Positions 19,593 through 27,409 of a stretch of DNA of 64,000 nt are shown here, piece after piece. The translations under genes were made by a program, and so were the position numbers. Source of the DNA: a virus; IMG/VR virus record IMGVR_UViG_3300014720_000016. One strand, written 5' to 3'. The notes beneath the pieces are model-generated. The model ran no database searches. It was not told the origin of the DNA and saw nothing but the letters and a program-made list of their open reading frames with translations. Position 1 is the stretch's first letter; each line of letters starts with the position of its first letter.

Positions 19593-21437
19593 TCAGATCC
19601 CCAGCAGTTCTTTGCGGCCCGCAATATCATCGCCCATGATTCTAAGGATTTCTTCTACGTCGGTCTTGCTCCAGTTCAGCTGGATAAGGCGGCGAGTGCT
19701 GCTCATTGCGTATTCTCCAACTTCATCAGGATTAGCTTCGCCGTGGCCCTTTAGTCTTGTCACGTCGCATTTGCTGAAGTGTTTGCCGGCCTTTGCCCGC
19801 ACATCGTCCATTGTATGTCCAAACCAGCGTTGCCGCGTACCTGGCAGCGAAGCCTTGAAAAGTGGCGCGTCTACGGAGTAGATCATTCCACGCTCAAGCA
19901 GTCCTGGCATATACTTGGCAAATAGTCCGATGATCAGACTACTGATATGATGACCGTCGTGATCAGAGTCAGATAGGATTATGAGCTTGCCTATGCGCAC
20001 ATCCCCGATATTAAACTTAGAGCCAAAGCCACCGCCTACGGATGCAACAATTGCGGCGATCTCGTCATTGGCGATTGCATCAGCCTCGGAAGCCTTGAAG
20101 ACGTTAAGGATCTTGCCCTTTAGGGGCAGGATTTCCTGGTAAGATGCGTCCCTGCCCTTAACGGCAGAACCGGCTGCGCTGTCGCCCTCCACTAAATAAA
20201 GCTCGCGGAGATATGGCTTGCAGTCCGCCTCGAATAACTTGTCAGGCAAAATGCCGCGGCTAGAACGCTTAGTGGTCTTAAGATCTTTGAGTGCGGCCTT
20301 TAGATCTTTCTGAGCCTGACGCTGCTCGTATGCGGTGACTGCATTAGCCAGAAAAGCATCAACAGTTGCGGCATTTTTCCGCGCCCAGCTCTTAAGCTGT
20401 GGGACCGCTGCATCAGCAATGCTCTTGCCCAGTCCCTTGTTAATCAGCTTCTCTTTTGTCTGTGAGGAAAACTGTGGGTTCGGGTGGGAGATGTGCAGGG
20501 CGTACTGCAAGTTTTCAGTGATTTCTTTGGCCGAGCACTTGTTTTTGCAGCGTTCGAGCAGGAAGTCTACTAGCGCGCTTTCCCAGCCCGATGCATGTTG
20601 ACCGCCATCGGCTGTACGACTAAGATTGACCAGAGAAACCGAACGACCTTCGTTGGCCCATTTCCAAGCCACTGAAACGCTTGCAGTCTTCTTTTCCCCG
20701 CCTACATCGACCTCTACATCAAAGGCAGTAGAGTAAGCGCTTTCGTCGCCAAGGATGCCGGCCACGCCCTTGCAAGGAAAATCTTCGAGCGTACCACCGT
20801 GCGATAGCGAGATCTTTGTTTTGGGCAACAGGTGTGCCGCATCAGTCAGGCGACCACGAACTTCAGCGAGATTAAAACCAGATACGTCCTTGAATACCTC
20901 TCGATAATCAGGGGTAAAGCGAACAAGCGTGCCGTGCTTTATTTTTGTCGGATTATCGCCTATTTTTGCATCACGGCCCAGCATCTTGCCGCGAGAGAAC
21001 TCTACCGATGCCATTTTTCGACCACGGTATGATTCTGCATAAAAGCTCTCAGACAGAGCGTTTGTGGCAGTAGAGCCTACACCGTGTGTGCCTACCGATG
21101 TACCATAGGTGTCGTTATCAAACTTGCCGCCCGACTTGGCTGTGCCAAATACGGTAGCAAGGGTGCTCAGGCCGGTCTTGGGATGCTTCTCGTGTGGGAT
21201 TCCGCGACCGTTATCAAACACCTCTGCGCTGCGGCAGTCATCAGAGATCTTTACTGAAATGCGATCAGCATGGCCACCTATGGCCTCATCGATGCCATTG
21301 TCGATGATTTCCTTTAAGATGATGAAATGCCCGGTGGCATTCGCACCCCCTACGTACAGGCCTGGCCGCAGTCGGATGTGTGCGATATCATCTAGGACCT
21401 GAATGGAATTTGAGTTGTACTCTTTGCTTTTAGCCAT
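19593..21437 (-). CDS. type IIA DNA topoisomerase subunit B (GyrB/ParE-like)
   Basis: HIRLRPGLYVG, EIIDNGIDE, DNGRGIP, GTHGVG, EGDSA, PLKGK, DSDHDG; start MAKSKEY. Confidence 0.95.
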   Translation of the reverse strand: MAKSKEYNSNSIQVLDDIAHIRLRPGLYVGGANATGHFIILKEIIDNGIDEAIGGHADRISVKISDDCRSAEVFDNGRGIPHEKHPKTGLSTLATVFGTAKSGGKFDNDTYGTSVGTHGVGSTATNALSESFYAESYRGRKMASVEFSRGKMLGRDAKIGDNPTKIKHGTLVRFTPDYREVFKDVSGFNLAEVRGRLTDAAHLLPKTKISLSHGGTLEDFPCKGVAGILGDESAYSTAFDVEVDVGGEKKTASVSVAWKWANEGRSVSLVNLSRTADGGQHASGWESALVDFLLERCKNKCSAKEITENLQYALHISHPNPQFSSQTKEKLINKGLGKSIADAAVPQLKSWARKNAATVDAFLANAVTAYEQRQAQKDLKAALKDLKTTKRSSRGILPDKLFEADCKPYLRELYLVEGDSAAGSAVKGRDASYQEILPLKGKILNVFKASEADAIANDEIAAIVASVGGGFGSKFNIGDVRIGKLIILSDSDHDGHHISSLIIGLFAKYMPGLLERGMIYSVDAPLFKASLPGTRQRWFGHTMDDVRAKAGKHFSKCDVTRLKGHGEANPDEVGEYAMSSTRRLIQLNWSKTDVEEILRIMGDDIAGRKELLGI

Positions 21438-21520
21438 TTTTGTTGTGCTCCGCATTGCTGTGTGCACAGGCTTTACACCGGGCAGCATTTAAGCCAGACG
21501 ACAGTGCAGATAATCCAGGC

Positions 21521-21976
21521 ATGAAAATAGAGAAGGTTGTGAAGCTTAGCAATCTTGGCATCCGTTTGAATATTGCTTGTGCGGGCCAGGGGGCTGCATT
21601 TATAACCAAGTTTCGCAACTACAGCTACTGGATGGACGGGGATAAGCCAGTCGATGGCAGCAAGATCATGGTGCTGGAAATCTGGGTTAACAACCGCCGG
21701 ATCATCCGCTGCCTCCAAAACGCCAACAGCCGACTGCTTTTCTGCGAAGTTGCCAGCTGGCCCAATGGCAATAAACAACAGATCACAATGGCTGATTTTT
21801 GTAGCGAAGGGGAAATGCTACCCACTGGGACTGTGTTGGAAGTTTACGAGTTCGTACTGCGCCTTTTTGAAGCACAGGCAGCTGCTCTCAAACGTCCGGG
21901 GCGTATACTTAATATAATCAAGAAGATACGCAGTTACGAAAGCCCACTATTTGCCGGCAGCCTTGATCAGTTCTAG
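21521..21976 (+). CDS. hypothetical protein (opposite strand)
   Basis: Likely start MKIEKVV; fills the gap between - strand genes. Confidence 0.5.
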   Translation: MKIEKVVKLSNLGIRLNIACAGQGAAFITKFRNYSYWMDGDKPVDGSKIMVLEIWVNNRRIIRCLQNANSRLLFCEVASWPNGNKQQITMADFCSEGEMLPTGTVLEVYEFVLRLFEAQAAALKRPGRILNIIKKIRSYESPLFAGSLDQF

Positions 21977-22342
21977 CCTACCGTCATCTAACCGTAGCGG
22001 TACCTCTATGCCAGAATTAACTGTTCCTTCGTAGTTCGAGGCCCAGTAAAACGCCGGAAAAGACAGGGTAACTTTCGCCAAGTCTGGGTTATCGCCGTTG
22101 CTAAAAAAAGAGAAAAATACTACCCAGGTAGATGGCTCTGACTTGATGAAGTTGGGAGTGACTATTGTGCCATCTTTATCTACCCCGATGGCGATCCTGC
22201 CGCCCTCTCCGGGCTCAGCCACTCCCCACCTATTCATCTGAGCACCGCTTACTGCCGCGTACAGCTCATCTGCGTGTTCTGGGGCAGTAAATGTGTCGAT
22301 AAATAGCTTAAGATCCCTGAACAGCAGGTCTGCCAGCTTCAT
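21947..22342 (-). CDS. hypothetical protein, MKL-start family
   Basis: MKLADLLFR. Confidence 0.65.
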   Translation of the reverse strand: MKLADLLFRDLKLFIDTFTAPEHADELYAAVSGAQMNRWGVAEPGEGGRIAIGVDKDGTIVTPNFIKSEPSTWVVFFSFFSNGDNPDLAKVTLSFPAFYWASNYEGTVNSGIEVPLRLDDGRLELIKAAGK

Positions 22343-23268
22343 ATACGAATACCTAGCTTATCAAGATGGGGGATAAATCCGAGATTTTTGCCTTTGCATT
22401 CCATTTCGATGTCGCACTTTCCAGCGGCATAATAAGCCTTCTGGTAATCGGGGATCGTATGGATCGCCCAACTATGTGCTCGGCGCTCGGTAAAGTTGCC
22501 GCCTTCAAGGCCTGGCTCTGTGTTGCTAAGATGTTGTAGCGGAAGTATGCCAGCCGGCCAGGTAGAGGCCGCTGCAAGCATTGCCTCCTCGCCACTCATA
22601 CCGCCGTCATTGAATACATGATGATGAGAATCAAAAAGGATGGGTACCCCAGATGCTGCGCTAATTGGCATCAGGTCTGCTACTGACCAGCAGTTCTCAT
22701 CATTTTCGAGGGTCAAGCGTGATCGCACATTGTGTGGCAGAGCGTCAATGCCACGAAGTAGGCGATCTGGAGAGCCGCGTTTGCCGCCGTGAATATTTAT
22801 TGCAAAATTGGTACTAAGGGCAGCGCCAAGATTGTCCATAACCATGGCGTGATAAGTCAGTTCCCTGATAGAATTTTGTACTACGGTATCAGAATCGGAA
22901 TTAAGCACTACAAACTGGCCGGGATGCATAGTTAGGCGCAGGCCTGCGAAAGCAGATTGGGCTGATTGCAGAGCGGTGATTGCTTCGCCTACCAGTTCAC
23001 TGTAGCGCGCATCTTCTGCAACCTTATCGAACAGGGGCAGGAGCGTGCTGCCTACTCGAAACAGCCCCACTCCTGAATCCCGCAAGTCGCGCGTAATTGC
23101 AGAAATGCCAGCGATATTACCAAGCCAAACACTGCGAATATGCTCGGCGCTATACTCTCCGGCCTGGAATCGCCCTAGCTGCAAAGCTCGCTCGCCAATT
23201 TTGTTAACGAACTTTGAGCCAGTTTTAGTCTTCTTTTCTTCAAGCCACTGACAGCATACTCCGAGCAT
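22339..23268 (-). CDS. uvsE: UV damage endonuclease
   Basis: RLTMHPGQFVVLNS, INIHGG, RLTLENDE, FDSHHH, RAHS, DIEMECKGK. Confidence 0.93.
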   Translation of the reverse strand: MLGVCCQWLEEKKTKTGSKFVNKIGERALQLGRFQAGEYSAEHIRSVWLGNIAGISAITRDLRDSGVGLFRVGSTLLPLFDKVAEDARYSELVGEAITALQSAQSAFAGLRLTMHPGQFVVLNSDSDTVVQNSIRELTYHAMVMDNLGAALSTNFAINIHGGKRGSPDRLLRGIDALPHNVRSRLTLENDENCWSVADLMPISAASGVPILFDSHHHVFNDGGMSGEEAMLAAASTWPAGILPLQHLSNTEPGLEGGNFTERRAHSWAIHTIPDYQKAYYAAGKCDIEMECKGKNLGFIPHLDKLGIRI

Positions 23269-23277
23269 TCTTGCCTT

Positions 23278-23577
23278 TCATGCGACTTCAATACGGTATT
23301 TTGACCGCGAAGTTTCGCTTAGCTTAAGTACCAGCACGCCATTTTCTACCTTGGCAGAAACTTCGGGGTTGCCAAGGCGGTGCGTAAAGCGCCACTTGCG
23401 CTTGCTTAGAAATGGGAACTTCCTATTTGCCGTCACCCGAATATCCAGGGATGCTGGACCGGCCTCTATTTCTAGATCTTCTTTTGTGACACCCGGCAGC
23501 GGGATGCTTATAACAGTGGTGCCGTCGATGTTTTCTACGAGATAGTTGTTGTCAAAACCAGAAACAAAGTCAAACAT
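23278..23577 (-). CDS. small heat-shock protein (Hsp20)
   Basis: PLPGVTKEDLEI and AKVENGVLVL alpha-crystallin motifs. Confidence 0.85.
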   Translation of the reverse strand: MFDFVSGFDNNYLVENIDGTTVISIPLPGVTKEDLEIEAGPASLDIRVTANRKFPFLSKRKWRFTHRLGNPEVSAKVENGVLVLKLSETSRSKYRIEVA

Positions 23578-23578
23578 A

Positions 23579-23640
23579 AATCCTCCTAGTGCAGCTGCCT
23601 GCTGCTAGGAGGATTATATTCCCGAGTTTTTATCGGTAAA
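23579..23640 (-). promoter_or_regulatory. sigma70-like promoter overlapping an anti-SD hairpin for hsp20
   Basis: TTTACC-N16-TATAAT (23640-23613); AATCCTCCTAG/CTAGGAGGATT 11-bp inverted repeat that includes the SD. Confidence 0.65.
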
Positions 23641-23670
23641 GGAGCCCTGTAAAAAAAACTACAGGGCTCC
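23641..23670 (-). terminator. putative intrinsic terminator hairpin
   Basis: GGAGCCCTGTA-N8-TACAGGGCTCC followed by a short T run. Confidence 0.6.
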
Positions 23671-23677
23671 GCCGGCC

Positions 23678-23911
23678 TCACTCAGCGACGCCAGCATCAG
23701 TCCCGGCAGCAGTCTCGCCCTCGCCTTCACCGGCAGTCCCAGCAGCAGCCTCGGCAGCAGGCTCAGTAGCAGGAGCGTCGCCAGCGACATCCTCCTCTAC
23801 AACTACGGGATCAGAGCCAAGATCCTGCACAACGTTAAAGAGAGTAACGCCGACGACAGCTGCAACAACGACACCGGCAGCAACAAGAAGATTCTTTTTA
23901 GACAGTTCCAT
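23678..23911 (-). CDS. membrane-anchored acidic small protein
   Basis: N-terminal TM segment, Ala/Glu-rich tail. Confidence 0.65.
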   Translation of the reverse strand: MELSKKNLLVAAGVVVAAVVGVTLFNVVQDLGSDPVVVEEDVAGDAPATEPAAEAAAGTAGEGEGETAAGTDAGVAE

Positions 23912-23941
23912 GCTTATTTCCTTTCAAATGGGCTAATGCCC

Positions 23942-24301
23942 TCAATCACCAAAAACAACCGCAGCCGGTGATGCCTGAGCGGCCTCATCATCATTGGCAG
24001 GCGGCGGTACAGTTGTTACAACTACCGGAGCAGCAGTAACTGAACGAGTGCGGGCTGATGCACGAGCAGCTCGCAGAGTATTGCGCCGATCCTCGTAGGC
24101 CGCGATAGCAGCAAGGAATTCTGCGCGGTCAAAAAGACGGGGCGGCTTGCCAACCCGACCAGTACGCACATGGCCAGCTGATACAAGACCAGCGTCCTTA
24201 AGAGCCTTGTTCACAAGGAGAACTGGCTTGCCGGTAAGGGCAACGATGTCCTCTACGGTAGCAAGCTTGTCACGATCATAGTTACCATCAAACTGTGTCA
24301 T
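23942..24301 (-). CDS. putative small DNA-binding protein
   Basis: TVEDIVALTG..VNKAL..GRVGKPPRLF, wHTH-like. Confidence 0.5.
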   Translation of the reverse strand: MTQFDGNYDRDKLATVEDIVALTGKPVLLVNKALKDAGLVSAGHVRTGRVGKPPRLFDRAEFLAAIAAYEDRRNTLRAARASARTRSVTAAPVVVTTVPPPANDDEAAQASPAAVVFGD

Positions 24302-24335
24302 ATCTCGGTCTTTCTGCCATTAAGGCATGAACATT

Positions 24336-24632
24336 TTATGAATGCCAAGAAGCAGTGATTTTCTTGGATCCAGTATCTGTGATAATCATAACGTCAAACA
24401 GCTCGAGCTTAATTGCCTCGGCAATGCGCTGGAGTTGCTCAACGGTGCAGCTGCCAAATGACCAATCGATCTCCCAAAGGCCTTCTTTAGCTGCTTCATA
24501 AACCAGGGCTACGAACTGGCTGACATGAATACCAAGCTCAGGAAACTCTTCCTCTGTGGCAGCCTGATGCCTTCCAGCGACTGCTGCTTGGGCAGCATCT
24601 CTCAATTCTCGTAATACAGACTTGTTTTGCAA
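24336..24632 (-). CDS. hypothetical protein
   Basis: 98 aa ORF. Confidence 0.6.
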   Translation of the reverse strand: MQNKSVLRELRDAAQAAVAGRHQAATEEEFPELGIHVSQFVALVYEAAKEGLWEIDWSFGSCTVEQLQRIAEAIKLELFDVMIITDTGSKKITASWHS

Positions 24633-24634
24633 AG

Positions 24635-24877
24635 CTATACTTCCTGGTTTATAATTGCTTCCATTACTGTTTCAGGTACTAGGTCAATCAATTCATCTTC
24701 TTCATCCTTTGAAAAGTTGTTGTAGCGGCACAGGAACCTCGCTCGATGAGGCGGCTGCGCATAGAACAGGAATACGGCTCCGTCGGGGTAAACCACCGTA
24801 TATGGATCAGCGACGTCTGAGTCCGTGCTCTGGTATACAATAAAGCGCTGCGGGATAGAAATCCACTTTTCTTCCAA
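24635..24877 (-). CDS. hypothetical protein
   Basis: 80 aa with GGAGG SD. Confidence 0.6.
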   Translation of the reverse strand: MEEKWISIPQRFIVYQSTDSDVADPYTVVYPDGAVFLFYAQPPHRARFLCRYNNFSKDEEDELIDLVPETVMEAIINQEV

Positions 24878-24889
24878 GACATCCTCCTG

Positions 24890-25138
24890 TTACTTTACCT
24901 GTATTTCGGCAAGAAGGCCTTCTGGCCAAAAAGCAAAACGCACCTCAAAGCCTGCGGCTTGTAGTTGCGCTTGAGTATTTCTTTTGCTCAGAGCATCCTC
25001 AAACCGGATGTAGCAATAACTGCCGCCATCACTACGGGTTTCCCAAGTTACCCTCGGGTGTGATGCCATCGAGCAATATCCCGGAATTAGATTGTCTTCT
25101 ATCCAGTTGCGAAGCGAGCGTTTCGTTCGCATCGTCAC
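24890..25138 (-). CDS. hypothetical protein
   Basis: 82 aa, just downstream of the element. Confidence 0.6.
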   Translation of the reverse strand: MTMRTKRSLRNWIEDNLIPGYCSMASHPRVTWETRSDGGSYCYIRFEDALSKRNTQAQLQAAGFEVRFAFWPEGLLAEIQVK

Positions 25139-25154
25139 CTCGTCGCTTTCCTCA

Positions 25155-25187
25155 GGATCGGCGGGGGCCGGCTTTAGGCCCGACCCG
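25155..25187 (-). promoter_or_regulatory. CCTAAA-N13-GATCC element, copy 3
   Basis: ggatc-ggcgggggccggc-tttaggcccgacccg. Confidence 0.8.
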
Positions 25188-25194
25188 TCCTGAC

Positions 25195-25665
25195 TTACTC
25201 TGATTCTTTAAATGCAAAATGTAGAGTATCGATTAGGCATTTGCCAGACGGCAAATTATCGCTATACTCCGCCCCTCGCGGGAGATAACGTAGGGTAGCG
25301 TGTGGTACGAAGTTGGGGAATTTATCATTAATTGAAATATCAAGGTTCGATAAAACTTCTTTGATCACCTCTCGCAGCTCGTGCAGGCGCGGGCTTTCAA
25401 TGTGAACGAACCAAGGCACGCTATCGTCTTTGCCTTTAAAACAGTCAAGTTCTCCGATTTCGGCTGAAAAAGGCTTCAGACGCTGAGCAATCATTTCAAT
25501 AGCCGCTGCTGCACGCAACACTTCGCCTTCCTCTAGGTCAGGCAAGTATATGACAGATACATGCGGAGGAGTAAAGTCGTCATTCCCAATACGGCCAAAG
25601 CGCGGAAAGGCCGCCTCTATCTCCGGCGGAAAGGTACAGTATACAAAGGCATCATACTTCTTCAT
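25195..25665 (-). CDS. 2H phosphoesterase (2'-5' RNA ligase/LigT superfamily)
   Basis: Two HxS/T motifs, PHVSV and PHATL; start MKKYDAF. Confidence 0.85.
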   Translation of the reverse strand: MKKYDAFVYCTFPPEIEAAFPRFGRIGNDDFTPPHVSVIYLPDLEEGEVLRAAAAIEMIAQRLKPFSAEIGELDCFKGKDDSVPWFVHIESPRLHELREVIKEVLSNLDISINDKFPNFVPHATLRYLPRGAEYSDNLPSGKCLIDTLHFAFKESE

Positions 25666-25767
25666 AGTTACTCTTTTTAAATACTGTTGAGCTACCTTTC
25701 CTAGCGGCGCGGCTTCGCGCCCGGCTCCGGGCATGGGAACATAAATAGCATTTATTAATCGGAAGGA

Positions 25768-26094
25768 TCAGGCTGATCCTAGTCCTTTGGGCAGAATTGT
25801 TGCAAACCTTGCCTCGAAATTCCTTTTATTTATCACATCTTCATCACTAAGAGACCACCTGCCAGAGTCAATAGAAACGATATTTAGATTTAGATCTAGT
25901 TCAGCTCTTACTGGTCGCCCATCGAACTTCATAGATATATCAAAATGGTGTGGATGCTTTGTGATGATAATCATCTTGCCTGGCCCTGACAGCACATGGA
26001 CCCGCTGGCCATTTAGCTTTTCAGAACTAATATGATTTTCCATGTCCTGATTTTCAAGTAGGCTGTTTATCAGGTGCATTTCATGTAGTTTCAT
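25768..26094 (-). CDS. hypothetical protein, MKL-start family
   Basis: MKLHEMHLI. Confidence 0.65.
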   Translation of the reverse strand: MKLHEMHLINSLLENQDMENHISSEKLNGQRVHVLSGPGKMIIITKHPHHFDISMKFDGRPVRAELDLNLNIVSIDSGRWSLSDEDVINKRNFEARFATILPKGLGSA

Positions 26095-26586
26095 TCAGTC
26101 ATCCGTAAAGCTAGAAAAGCTAGCTGCAATCAGTTCTTCTACGTCAATAGTATTTGCTTCACGCGATCTCATAGCCCTTGAGACCTGATTGTAGATAGCT
26201 ACAAATAGCTCGCAAACTGTATGATACTCGGTCTTAGATAGGAAGCGCAGCACACGCTTAAAGATGTGGTCATTAGCGCTTTCAAGAGCGCGAATATAAT
26301 TGTCATCGGGCTCAACGCCGTTTTCCGTCGCATTTTTAACGGACTCAGACAGCGCAGCCCAAGATGCATAAAGGTAGCAGCAAATTGCCGGAGCGTAAAT
26401 CTTTTTCCTAAAAGAGGCAAGTGCTCCAGCCTTGCGCAGCATTGTCCTGGAGATAGGATTGCCGCCAGAGTTGTCAGTGGCTCTCGAAAGAAGTAGCGAA
26501 GCCCGTTCGCACTCATCCCAGAAAGCTGGATCAGAGGCGTGAGAAAAGAGTGACGCAAGGCGCATCATTGGCGATACTTTAAGCAA
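26095..26586 (-). CDS. hypothetical protein
   Basis: TTG start after GAGGAG; the longer track ORF merely reads through the element. Confidence 0.6.
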   Translation of the reverse strand: MLKVSPMMRLASLFSHASDPAFWDECERASLLLSRATDNSGGNPISRTMLRKAGALASFRKKIYAPAICCYLYASWAALSESVKNATENGVEPDDNYIRALESANDHIFKRVLRFLSKTEYHTVCELFVAIYNQVSRAMRSREANTIDVEELIAASFSSFTDD

Positions 26587-26620
26587 GTGACTCCTCTTTG
26601 TTCGCGTTGAACGGTCTGGA

Positions 26621-26653
26621 GGATCGGGCGGAGCCGGGTTTAGGCCCGGCCCG
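26621..26653 (-). promoter_or_regulatory. CCTAAA-N13-GATCC element, copy 4
   Basis: ggatc-gggcggagccggg-tttaggcccggcccg. Confidence 0.8.
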
Positions 26654-26664
26654 CCCTGGCACAT

Positions 26665-27408
26665 TCAGAATAGCGATTCTCCAGTACTGCCATCATGTAC
26701 GTTGCCCAGCAGCTGAATATCAGCTTCACGGATCACTGTATAACGGCATGTAACAAGCTCTCCTACCGGGCTGCTATAAGCTCCTACAACGTCCGCAGGA
26801 TTTACCTTGACAATCCCAGCCTTTCCTACGAAAGTACTATTGTGATCTACATAGCTCCTGCTGCCAGCAGAAAATCCCTTCTCTGCCCCGCGTCTTGCAT
26901 TCAGATAAATCTTCTCGCGCGGAAACTCGACCGTTGCTCCGGGCTTCGCCAGATAGGTGCCGGTATCTGAATCTACCCAGTCATTGGTGAACAGCTTTAG
27001 AGCCAGTAGGCAGCCGTCCGTTGTAATAGGCAGCCGCTCACATGCCATGAAAGTGTCCAAGCCATTCCTAGCACGGGCCGAAGGATTCCGAGCCCTATTC
27101 CGAACAAAGGCAGATAGCGGACCCCACGGCATCTTCTTGCTGTGAAACAAATTCACCAAATCTGTGCAGTGCTGTCCGATTGGCGAGCCGTCTACCGCAT
27201 AAGATCCATCCGGCTGGAAGGAGATTTCTTCATTTGAGAACTTGCGCAATGAAGCCCTAGGATCCATTAGGAGCCTAAGGCGTTCGATGTCCTGCTCGGC
27301 AAGTGCGGCCAGCGCCTCTGCATACGCAGGAGAACTCTTGTGGATCATCCTGGGACCGTCGCTGAAAACAACGGTTAGCCCAGAATTTGATACGATATTT
27401 GTGATCAT
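26665..27408 (-). CDS. rIIB: rIIB-like protein
   Basis: NPSARA..L..F...LPITTDGCLLALK, VKVNPADVV, CRYTV; adjacent to rIIA. Confidence 0.85.
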   Translation of the reverse strand: MITNIVSNSGLTVVFSDGPRMIHKSSPAYAEALAALAEQDIERLRLLMDPRASLRKFSNEEISFQPDGSYAVDGSPIGQHCTDLVNLFHSKKMPWGPLSAFVRNRARNPSARARNGLDTFMACERLPITTDGCLLALKLFTNDWVDSDTGTYLAKPGATVEFPREKIYLNARRGAEKGFSAGSRSYVDHNSTFVGKAGIVKVNPADVVGAYSSPVGELVTCRYTVIREADIQLLGNVHDGSTGESLF

Positions 27409-27409
27409 A

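Noticed and set aside
26587-26664. N-terminal extensions of ORFs through the repeat (also 39350-39487 and 41853-41942)
   Set aside because: Pro/Gly/Arg-rich read-through of the element; SD-supported starts lie downstream.
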